In this document: in pieces, positions 1 through 7,605 of the stretch | Layout of the letters: each line of letters starts with the position of its first letter | Position numbering within the stretch: position 1 is the first letter of the stretch | NCBI GenBank assembly: GCA_039000985.1 | Contig: JAWBMD010000004.1 | Coordinates: 2,345-66,344, forward strand | Direction of reading: 5' to 3' | DNA: 64,000 bases | From: Candidatus Aenigmatarchaeota archaeon | GTDB lineage: Archaea; Aenigmatarchaeota; Aenigmatarchaeia; CG10238-14; SpSt-28 | The notes under the pieces: model-generated | Seen by the model: the letters and a program-made list of their open reading frames with translations, nothing else | Database searches by the model: none | What the model was told of the DNA's origin: nothing | Translations under genes and position numbers: made by a program

Positions 1-1
1 T

Positions 2-730
2 ATAGATTTTGGTGGATATCCAGAAATTATTTTGCATGAGGAAAAAAATAAAAAGCTAGATATTGCAAAAACTTATTTCGATGCAATTTTTTTCAAAGAT
101 ATAATAGAAAGATTTAAAATTAAAAATGTCGCACTTATGGATTATTTTGTTAGATATTGCATATCTAATTCCTCCTCTTATGTTTCAATATCAAAAATTG
201 AAAATGAATTGAAATCAATAGGTTTTAAAGTTAGTAAAAAAACTCTAGCTAATTATTTAAAATACGCAGAAGAGGCTCTTTTTGTTTTCCCTATAAAAAG
301 ATTTTCTTTTAAATATAGAGAAAGAGCAAAATATCCAGTAAAAAGTTATTTGGTTGATAATATATACTTTCAAATTGAGCCAAGATTTTCTAAAGATGTT
401 GGTAAAAAAATTGAAAATTTAGTTGCTATACAGCTTTTAAAGAAAAAACTTGAAGGAAAAGTTAATGAAATTTTTTATTTTAAATCAAATGATTATGAAG
501 TTGATTTTTTAATTAAAAATGGTTTAGAAATAAAGCAATTAATTCAAGTAACTTATGCTTCTAGTAAAGATGAAATTGAAAAAAGAGAAATAAAAGCTTT
601 GTTAAAAGCTAGTGAGCTATTAAAATGTGAAAACTTGTTAATAATTACCTGGGACTATGAAGATGAATTGAAAATTGAAAATAAAAGTATTAAATGTATT
701 CCTTTATGGAAATGGTTATTAGAAACTTAA
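2..730 (+). CDS. COG1373-type AAA+ ATPase paralog 1 (5' end outside the window)
   Basis: The frame is open from nt 2 (IDFGGYPEII...), matching the GGFPE motif found ~200 aa into paralogs 2-6. The last ~80 aa are near-identical to the other paralogs. Confidence 0.8.
   Translation: MDFGGYPEIILHEEKNKKLDIAKTYFDAIFFKDIIERFKIKNVALMDYFVRYCISNSSSYVSISKIENELKSIGFKVSKKTLANYLKYAEEALFVFPIKRFSFKYRERAKYPVKSYLVDNIYFQIEPRFSKDVGKKIENLVAIQLLKKKLEGKVNEIFYFKSNDYEVDFLIKNGLEIKQLIQVTYASSKDEIEKREIKALLKASELLKCENLLIITWDYEDELKIENKSIKCIPLWKWLLET
485..730 (+). repeat. Shared 3' module, copy 1 (codes SNDYEVDFLIKNGLEIKQLIQVTYASSKDEIEKREIKALLKASELLKCENLLIITWDYEDELKIENKSIKCIPLWKWLL)
   Basis: By-eye nt alignment with 1910-2152 and 7375-7605. 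One ~77-nt stretch is identical to copy 6, third codon positions included. Confidence 0.9.
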
Positions 731-732
731 AG

Positions 733-751
733 TTGTTCTATTAGAGAACAA
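733..751 (+). other. Perfect 7-bp stem, 5-nt loop hairpin (TTGTTCT-ATTAG-AGAACAA) just after the stop of paralog 1
   Basis: The inverted repeat is read directly from the sequence. A terminator or processing role is speculative. Confidence 0.3.
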
Positions 752-798
752 TTTCATATGAAAATTGTTTTGATATAGTACAGTTTTTTTTATATTCA

Positions 799-826
799 TC
801 GGTCAAACATTTAAATATTTGACCGA
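799..826 (+). promoter_or_regulatory. Perfect 9-bp inverted repeat (TCGGTCAAA-N10-TTTGACCGA) bracketing a TATA-like TTTAAATA box upstream of paralog 2
   Basis: The palindrome arms flank the TTTAAATA box (811-818), which sits ~21-28 nt upstream of the ATG at 839. This geometry fits a leaderless archaeal promoter. Confidence 0.35.
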
Positions 827-838
827 TATATATTAATT

Positions 839-2152
839 ATGAATGAAGAAAAAATAATGGAAATTATGTCAGATTGGAATTATTGGGGTAATTATCAAAA
901 GGAATTTATAGAAAGAAAAGATTATCAGTATAAAATAGAGAATCTTTCCAAAGGAAATGAGATAATAGTTATAAAGGGTATTAGAAGGGGTGGAAAATCT
1001 TCTATTTCTTACTTTTTTCTCAAAAAACTTATAAATTCTGGATTAAATCCAAGAAAAATCATAATTATTAATTTTGAAGATCCAAGACTTCCGCCAGTTT
1101 TAACTTTAAGCGAAGTTAATAAGATATTTGAAACTTATTTGAAAAAAGTAGAAAACAGGCCGGAATACGTTATGTTGGATGAAGTTCAATATGTGGAAAG
1201 ATGGGAAAAATTTGCAAGGTTTTTGACAGAAGCGAAAAATATAAAAGTGATTGTTACTGGCTCGTCTTCAAAACTCATGAGTGAAGAATATGTTACTGTT
1301 TTAACCGGTAGGCATGTGGATATCGAAGTGTTTCCGTTATCGTTTAGAGAGTTTCTTCATTTTAAAGGATTAAAAATAGAGGAAGAAATTGAAATGATAA
1401 AAAAAAGAATAGAGATTAAAAGACTTTTGGATGAGTATTTAGAGTGGGGAGGTTTCCCCGAGGTAACTCTTGCAGAAAACAAAGAGAGAAAAATGGAATT
1501 ATTAAAAATATATTTTAACGATATTTTGCTTAAGGATGTGGTTAAAAGATATAAAATAAAGAAAGTTATTGAAATAGAAAATCTGGCAAAACTTTACATT
1601 TCAAACATTTCAACTATTCAATCCTTTCACAAACTAAAAGAAATTCTAAATATAAGTTTAGATAGTGTTGAAAGATTTTCTAAGCATCTATTAACTGCAA
1701 GGCTCTTTCTCTTCTTAGATAATTTTAGTCCTTCCATAAAAACACAAATTAGAAGCAAAAAGAAAGTTTATACAATTGATTTGGGATTTTATAAAATGCA
1801 TGGATTTAGACTTAGCGAAAATATAGGAAGAATAATGGAAAATGTTGTTATGTTACATTTAGCTAGAAAAATGGAGTTTCATCCACTTTTGAAATTTTTT
1901 TATTTTAGGTCAAATGATTATGAAGTTGATTTTTTAATTAAAAATGGTTTAGAAATAAAGCAATTAATTCAAGTAACTTATGCTTCTAGTAAAGATGAAA
2001 TTGAAAAAAGAGAAATTAAAGCTTTGTTAAAAGCAAGTGAATTATTAAAATGTGAAAACTTGTTAATAATAACTTGGGATTATGAAGATGAACTAAAAGT
2101 TAATAATAAAAAGATTAAATGTATTCCTTTATGGAAATGGTTACTATCTTAG
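839..2152 (+). CDS. COG1373-type AAA+ ATPase paralog 2 (AAA_14 + DUF4143-like + conserved C-terminal module)
   Basis: Walker A GIRRGGKSS, Walker B MLDEVQ, GGFPEV motif, and the shared C-terminal module. Confidence 0.85.
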   Translation: MNEEKIMEIMSDWNYWGNYQKEFIERKDYQYKIENLSKGNEIIVIKGIRRGGKSSISYFFLKKLINSGLNPRKIIIINFEDPRLPPVLTLSEVNKIFETYLKKVENRPEYVMLDEVQYVERWEKFARFLTEAKNIKVIVTGSSSKLMSEEYVTVLTGRHVDIEVFPLSFREFLHFKGLKIEEEIEMIKKRIEIKRLLDEYLEWGGFPEVTLAENKERKMELLKIYFNDILLKDVVKRYKIKKVIEIENLAKLYISNISTIQSFHKLKEILNISLDSVERFSKHLLTARLFLFLDNFSPSIKTQIRSKKKVYTIDLGFYKMHGFRLSENIGRIMENVVMLHLARKMEFHPLLKFFYFRSNDYEVDFLIKNGLEIKQLIQVTYASSKDEIEKREIKALLKASELLKCENLLIITWDYEDELKVNNKKIKCIPLWKWLLS

Positions 2153-2191
2153 CAATATAACCACAAGCTTTTTAAAAATGTTTGTGATTAT
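1910..2191 (+). repeat. Shared 3' module, copy 2, extending 42 nt past the stop codon
   Basis: The coding part aligns with copies 1 and 6. The post-stop 42 nt (2150-2191) recur at 4898-4939 with 2 mismatches. Confidence 0.9.
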
Positions 2192-2197
2192 AATATT

Positions 2198-3487
2198 ATG
2201 AACATTGAAGAAATTAAAAGAGTTATAGTAGCTCAAAAAGAAGAAGTTGAGGAAAAATTTAAGAAAACGAAAATAATTAAAAGAGAAGCTGATAAGAATA
2301 AGCTGAAAAAGTATCTGTTACATCCAAATATATTAGCGATTTTGGGAATTAGAAGATGTGGGAAATCAATTTTTTCATTACAAATTTTTGAAGGAGAAAA
2401 ATATGGATATATAAATTTTGATGATGAAAGACTAACAGAATTTACGACAAAAGATTTTGAGAAATTGCTACAAAGCTTTTATGAACTATATGGAGAAATA
2501 GATCATATAATTTTGGATGAACCACATAATATACATGCTTGGGAGCTTTTTACTAATAGATTGAGAAGAACAAAAAAGGTTATAATTACTGGAAGTAATT
2601 CAAAGCTTTTATCTGGCGAATTAGCAACTCATTTAACTGGAAGATATATTGATTTTACTTTGTTTCCATTTAGCTTTAGGGAGTTTTTACAATATAATGA
2701 TATAATTTTTGAGAACGAAAACCTTTACTCAACAAAAAGATTGGCTCTTGTAAAAAATAGTCTTAACAACTATCTAAAAATTGGTGGTCTCCCAGAGGCT
2801 TATTTATTTGGAAAAGAAATTCTTGTGAGAATTTTTTCTGATATAGTCGAAAAGGATATTTTGAAAAGATTAAAAATAAAGAAGAAAGCTACATTTAAAG
2901 AGCTTGCAAAATATTTAATAGCAAATTCTTCATCAGAAACAACATTTTCTAAATTGAGAAATATTTTCAATATAAAAGATTTACATACTATAAAAGATTG
3001 GATAAATGAGATGGAAAATGCGTATCTAATAAAACTTATTAACAGATTTTCTCCTAAGTTAAAAGAACAATTTATTGCACCAAAAAAAGTTTATTGCATT
3101 GATGTCGGAATTGTTAATGTGATTGGATTTAAGATTACTCAAAACATAGGCAGACTTATGGAGAATTTAGTAGCTATAGAGCTTCTTAGAAAAAAAAGTT
3201 ATTGGTTTGATGATTGGGAAATTTTTTATTGGAAAGACTACCAGCAAAATGAAGTGGACTTTATTGTAAAAGAAGGATTAAATATTAAACAACTGATTCA
3301 AGTAACTTATGCTTCTAGCAAAGATGAAATTGAAAAAAGAGAAATAAAAGCTTTAGTTAAAGCTTCTGAGCAATTAAAATGCAAAGATTTATTAATAATT
3401 ACTTGGGATTATGAAGATGAATTAAAAGTGAATAGCAAAAAAATTAAATGCATTCCTTTGTGGAAATGGCTGTTAAGCTTAGCATAA
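2198..3487 (+). CDS. COG1373-type AAA+ ATPase paralog 3
   Basis: Walker A GIRRCGKSI, Walker B ILDEPH, GGLPEA motif, and the shared C-terminal module (variant ASEQLKCKDLL / KVNSKKIKC). Confidence 0.85.
   Translation: MNIEEIKRVIVAQKEEVEEKFKKTKIIKREADKNKLKKYLLHPNILAILGIRRCGKSIFSLQIFEGEKYGYINFDDERLTEFTTKDFEKLLQSFYELYGEIDHIILDEPHNIHAWELFTNRLRRTKKVIITGSNSKLLSGELATHLTGRYIDFTLFPFSFREFLQYNDIIFENENLYSTKRLALVKNSLNNYLKIGGLPEAYLFGKEILVRIFSDIVEKDILKRLKIKKKATFKELAKYLIANSSSETTFSKLRNIFNIKDLHTIKDWINEMENAYLIKLINRFSPKLKEQFIAPKKVYCIDVGIVNVIGFKITQNIGRLMENLVAIELLRKKSYWFDDWEIFYWKDYQQNEVDFIVKEGLNIKQLIQVTYASSKDEIEKREIKALVKASEQLKCKDLLIITWDYEDELKVNSKKIKCIPLWKWLLSLA
3224..3487 (+). repeat. Shared 3' module, copy 3
   Basis: The 5' block (FYWKDYQQNEVDF) matches copy 5, the middle block matches copy 4, and the 3' block matches copy 2. 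Confidence 0.85.
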
Positions 3488-3562
3488 GAAAGTGTGTAGT
3501 TTTCGAATTTAAAGCTGTATAATTTAAAATATGTCACAAATGACGTAAAATATTAATTTTTT

Positions 3563-4900
3563 ATGTCACAAATGATATATATGAAGAAAGAGGAAATAAT
3601 AAATGTGTTATCTCAGGTTAATTTTTGGGGAAGAGAAAATATAGATGTGGGGATAGAGAGAAAATTCTATAATCCTCGAATATTAAATTTTTTAAAAGGT
3701 GTTGAAAAGGTATTAACAATAATTGGAGTTAGAAGAAGTGGAAAGAGTTATATATTAAAACAGATTGGAAAAAAGTTATCAGAAGAGTTTGGAAAAGAAA
3801 ATGTTCTTTATGTTAATTTTGAGGAGGTTAAGTTTTTTGAGGAGCTAAGCTTATCTTTTTTAATAAAAATATACGATGCTTTTAAAGAGATTGTGAGACC
3901 AAAAACAAAACCTTTTTTAATTTTGGATGAAATCCAAGAAGTTCCAAAATGGGAAAAGTTTGTTAGAAGTTTGCATGAAAAAAAGGAAGCTTTTCTTATA
4001 ATTTCCGGCTCTTCCTCTAAGCTTTTTAGCGAGGAACTTGCTACTTTATTAGCTGGTAGAGAATTAGAGATAGAAGTATTTCCATTGGATTTTAAAGAGT
4101 TTCTCCAGTTTAAAAATTTTGAGATAGAAAAGGAAATAGATTTAATTATAAAAAAAGAAAAAATTATAAGATTTCTTAGAGAATTTTTAGAATTCGGTGG
4201 TTTTCCAGAGGTTGTTTTAGAAGAAAATGAAAACAAGAAAATTGGTATTATTAGAAAATATTTTGATACAATAGTATTAAAAGATGTTTTAAGAAGGTTT
4301 AAATTAAAAGAAAGTTATAAGTTAGAAGCGCTTTGTAATTATTATGTTTCAAACTTTTCAAACTTAATAACTTTTAATTCTGTTGCGAGATTTCTTAAAA
4401 TTTCTGAAAAAACTACTGAAAGATTTTCAAAATATTTGCAGATTGCCAGAATTATATTTTTTGTTGAGAGATTTTCATATTCTTTTAAGTCAAGATATAA
4501 ATCTGCTAGGAAAGTTTATGTTATAGATACTTCCTTTTCGAATTTATTAGGAGTAAGGTTTTCAGAAAATATAGGCAGACTTATGGAGAATTTAGTTGCT
4601 ATAGAATTGCTAAGAAGAGCGAAAAGAAGTTTAAAAGAAAATTTCTTTTATTTAAAAATTAATGACAGCGAAGTAGACTTTGTAATTAAAGAAGGTTTAG
4701 AAATAAAGCAATTAATTCAAGTAACTTATGCTTCTAGCAAAGATGAAATTGAAAAAAGAGAAATAAAAGCATTAATTAAAGCTTCCGAGCAATTGAAATG
4801 CAAAGATTTATTAATAATAACTTGGGATTGTGAAGATGAATTGAAAATTGAAAATAAAAGTATTAAATGTATTCCTTTATGGAAATGGTTGCTATCATAG
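3563..4900 (+). CDS. COG1373-type AAA+ ATPase paralog 4 (the ATG at 3581, MKKEEII, may be the true start)
   Basis: Walker A GVRRSGKSY, Walker B ILDEIQ, GGFPEV motif, and the shared C-terminal module. Confidence 0.85.
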   Translation: MSQMIYMKKEEIINVLSQVNFWGRENIDVGIERKFYNPRILNFLKGVEKVLTIIGVRRSGKSYILKQIGKKLSEEFGKENVLYVNFEEVKFFEELSLSFLIKIYDAFKEIVRPKTKPFLILDEIQEVPKWEKFVRSLHEKKEAFLIISGSSSKLFSEELATLLAGRELEIEVFPLDFKEFLQFKNFEIEKEIDLIIKKEKIIRFLREFLEFGGFPEVVLEENENKKIGIIRKYFDTIVLKDVLRRFKLKESYKLEALCNYYVSNFSNLITFNSVARFLKISEKTTERFSKYLQIARIIFFVERFSYSFKSRYKSARKVYVIDTSFSNLLGVRFSENIGRLMENLVAIELLRRAKRSLKENFFYLKINDSEVDFVIKEGLEIKQLIQVTYASSKDEIEKREIKALIKASEQLKCKDLLIITWDCEDELKIENKSIKCIPLWKWLLS

Positions 4901-4939
4901 CAACATAACTACAAGCTTTTTAAAAATGTTTGTGATTAT
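4670..4939 (+). repeat. Shared 3' module, copy 4, extending 42 nt past the stop codon
   Basis: The middle block matches copy 3 and the 3' block matches copies 1, 5 and 6. The post-stop segment 4898-4939 matches 2150-2191. Confidence 0.9.
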
Positions 4940-4993
4940 TAGAGTTTCCCGTTATAGGTAAACTTTTTAAATAATCTTTCCTAAATATATGAT

Positions 4994-6271
4994 ATGTTTG
5001 AAAAGGATTTTGTGCTTCAATATTTCAACAAACTAATGGAAAAAATTAAAACAGAAAGGATTTTTGAAAGAGAATTAAAGGTTGATTTTCTTAAAAATAA
5101 AGCTATAGCAATAATTGGGCCAAGAAGATCTGGGAAAACTTATTTTTTACTCAACATTTTAAGAAACAATAAAAACACTTTGTATGTTGATTTGGAACAT
5201 TCTGCCTTTAGAGAAATCACACATAAAGAATTCTTTGAAATAATATCAATTTTTGAAGAATACTTTAAAGCTAAAGTTGAAAAAGTGATTATTGATGAAA
5301 TACAAAACTTAAATAACTGGGAAAGTTTAGTGAGAAGTTTACTTGATAGTGGATATTATTTGATGTTTTCTGGCTCCTCTTCAAAATTGTTAAGCAAGGA
5401 AATTGCAACCCAATTAAGAGGGAGAAGCATAACTTATTTTTTATTACCCCTAAGCTTTAGAGAGTATCTTGAGTTTAAAAATATAGAAAGAAAAAAACTT
5501 TTCTCAATTTCAGAAAAGGTGAAGATAATTAAATTTTTAGAAGAATTCATAGAATGGGGTAGTTATCCTGAAATATTAGCTTATCCTGAGAAAAAGGAAA
5601 AAATTTTGAAAGAATATTTTGATACAATTTTTCAAAAAGATTTTATAGAAAGATTTGAAATAGTACATACTTACATTGCAAAATTGCTTTTTGAATTCAT
5701 TTTACAAAATTTTTCAAAAGAAATAAGTTTAAACAAAATATCAAACTTTATTTCTTCAAAAATTGGGAAGAATGTTAAAAACATTGTTTATGATTATGCA
5801 GAAAAATTGCCAGAAAGCTTGAGTGTGTTTTTTGTAGAGAAATTTAGCAAAAGCGTTTATGAAAGAAAATCATTAGGAAGAAAGGTTTATGTTTGCGATT
5901 TGGGTTTAGTATCCATGCTAAGTATGGAAAGAAATATAGGTAAAAGAATGGAAAACACGGTCTTTCTCGAGTTATTGAGAAAAACAAACATCATTCCACA
6001 ACAAGAGATTTTTTATTGGAAGGATTACCAGCAAAATGAAGTGGATTTTGTTATAAAGGAAGGATTAAATGTTAAGCAATTAATTCAAGTTACTTATGTA
6101 AACAATAAAGATGAAATTGAAAAAAGAGAAATTAAAGGTTTGTTAAAAGCTAGCGAGCTATTAAAATGTGAAAACTTGCTAATAATAACTTGGGACTATG
6201 AAGATGAATTAAAAATTGAAAATAAAAGTATTAAATGTATTCCTTTATGGAAATGGTTATTGGAGCAGTAA
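4994..6271 (+). CDS. COG1373-type AAA+ ATPase paralog 5
   Basis: Walker A GPRRSGKTY, Walker B IIDEIQ, GSYPEI motif, and the shared C-terminal module. Confidence 0.85.
   Translation: MFEKDFVLQYFNKLMEKIKTERIFERELKVDFLKNKAIAIIGPRRSGKTYFLLNILRNNKNTLYVDLEHSAFREITHKEFFEIISIFEEYFKAKVEKVIIDEIQNLNNWESLVRSLLDSGYYLMFSGSSSKLLSKEIATQLRGRSITYFLLPLSFREYLEFKNIERKKLFSISEKVKIIKFLEEFIEWGSYPEILAYPEKKEKILKEYFDTIFQKDFIERFEIVHTYIAKLLFEFILQNFSKEISLNKISNFISSKIGKNVKNIVYDYAEKLPESLSVFFVEKFSKSVYERKSLGRKVYVCDLGLVSMLSMERNIGKRMENTVFLELLRKTNIIPQQEIFYWKDYQQNEVDFVIKEGLNVKQLIQVTYVNNKDEIEKREIKGLLKASELLKCENLLIITWDYEDELKIENKSIKCIPLWKWLLEQ
6011..6271 (+). repeat. Shared 3' module, copy 5
   Basis: The 5' block matches copy 3. The middle and 3' blocks match copies 1 and 6. 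Confidence 0.85.
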
Positions 6272-6354
6272 ATATAGCTTCTTGCAACAAATAATAAAAA
6301 TTATGTAAAGTTAACTGAACAAAAAATTTAAATTTTATTCACTATACTTAATTT

Positions 6355-7605
6355 ATGAGAGAAATATTGGAAAGGCAAAAAACTGAAGCTAAGGAAATTT
6401 TATCAAAAGAAATCATTCCAAGAGAAAATATTAAAAATATAGAAAAATATATAGAAAAACCTTTAATAAAAGTCATTACAGGTATAAGAAGAAGTGGAAA
6501 ATCTTTGTTGGCACTATTGCTTATTAAAGATAAAAACTATGGATATGTAAATTTTGACGAGAAAGAGTTAAGTACAATAAAATTAGATGATTTGCTGAAT
6601 TATTTAAAAGAAGTATTTGGTGATTTTAAATTTCTGCTCCTTGATGAGATTCAAAATATTGATGGATGGGAACTTTGGGTCAATAGCTTGCAAAGAAGAG
6701 GTTATAATGTTTTAATCACAGGCTCAAATGCAAAGCTTTTAAGCAAAGAATTAGCTACACATTTAACTGGAAGATATGTAGAATTTGAAAATTTTCCATT
6801 TAGCTTTAGAGAGTTTTTAGTATTTAAAAAATTTGACACTAATAACTTACTCTTTTTGAAAGAAAAACAAGGCTTAATAAAGAATTTACTAATGGAATAT
6901 TTAGAAAGGGGTGGTTTTCCAGAATATTTGGTTCATAATTTAGATAAAAATTACTTGGAAACACTTTTTCACTCTATAATTTACAAAGATGTTGTTAAAA
7001 GATGGAATATAAAATATCCTAGAAAAATAGATGATTTAGCAAAATATATAATTTCGAACTATTCCTCGCAATATACTTTTACTAAACTAAAAAATTCTTT
7101 AAATTTTAGAAGTGTTCTAACAGTTGAAAACTACATGAAATATTTAGAAGAAGCATACTTAATATTTTCACTTGAAAGATTCTCATTTAAAGTTAAAGAA
7201 ATGAAAAAATCGCCAAAAAAAGTTTATTGTATTGATACTGGTATAATAAATGCCATTTCTGTAAAATTTTCAAAAGAAATTGGAAAATTAATGGAAAATC
7301 TTGTATTTTTAGAACTTAAAAGAAAAGGATTAAAAGAAAACTTTTCAATATTTTATGGTCAGTTTAATAATAACGAGGTTGATTTTTTAATTAAAAATGG
7401 TTTAGAAATAAAGCAATTAATTCAAGTAACTTATGCTTCTAGTAAAGATGAAATTGAAAAAAGAGAAATTAAAGCTTTGTTAAAAGCAAGTGAATTATTA
7501 AAATGTGAAAACTTGTTAATAATTACCTGGGACTATGAAGATGAATTGAAAATTGAAAATAAAAGTATTAAATGCATACCTTTATGGAAATGGTTATTAG
7601 TATGA
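6355..7605 (+). CDS. COG1373-type AAA+ ATPase paralog 6
   Basis: Walker A GIRRSGKSL, Walker B LLDEIQ, GGFPEY motif, and the shared C-terminal module. Its stop overlaps the next gene's ATG (ATGA at 7602-7605). Confidence 0.85.
   Translation: MREILERQKTEAKEILSKEIIPRENIKNIEKYIEKPLIKVITGIRRSGKSLLALLLIKDKNYGYVNFDEKELSTIKLDDLLNYLKEVFGDFKFLLLDEIQNIDGWELWVNSLQRRGYNVLITGSNAKLLSKELATHLTGRYVEFENFPFSFREFLVFKKFDTNNLLFLKEKQGLIKNLLMEYLERGGFPEYLVHNLDKNYLETLFHSIIYKDVVKRWNIKYPRKIDDLAKYIISNYSSQYTFTKLKNSLNFRSVLTVENYMKYLEEAYLIFSLERFSFKVKEMKKSPKKVYCIDTGIINAISVKFSKEIGKLMENLVFLELKRKGLKENFSIFYGQFNNNEVDFLIKNGLEIKQLIQVTYASSKDEIEKREIKALLKASELLKCENLLIITWDYEDELKIENKSIKCIPLWKWLLV
7375..7605 (+). repeat. Shared 3' module, copy 6
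   Basis: Its middle part matches copy 2 at the nt level and its distal part matches copy 1, giving a mosaic. Confidence 0.9.

Noticed and set aside
3808-4236. Antisense ORFs inside well-supported genes. This 142-aa ORF is one example. Others are 7953-8252, 8299-8514, 14155-14403, 15624-16181, 18745-19065, 27294-27698, 28446-28727, 39233-39559, 40100-40387, 45466-45807, 48564-48989, 50121-50453, 53074-53481, 58543-58848, 59511-59819 and 63209-63565.
   Set aside because: Their translations are low-complexity and Ser/Phe/Leu/Ile-rich, typical of the reverse strand of Lys/Glu/Asn-rich genes in AT-rich DNA. Each lies wholly inside a gene with clear family motifs. None has recognisable motifs.
7572-7601. 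The upstream start (MHTFMEMVIS) for the AlbA_2 gene.
   Set aside because: These codons lie inside the conserved C-terminal module of ATPase paralog 6. The ATG at 7602 gives a canonical AlbA_2 N-terminus and an ATGA overlap.
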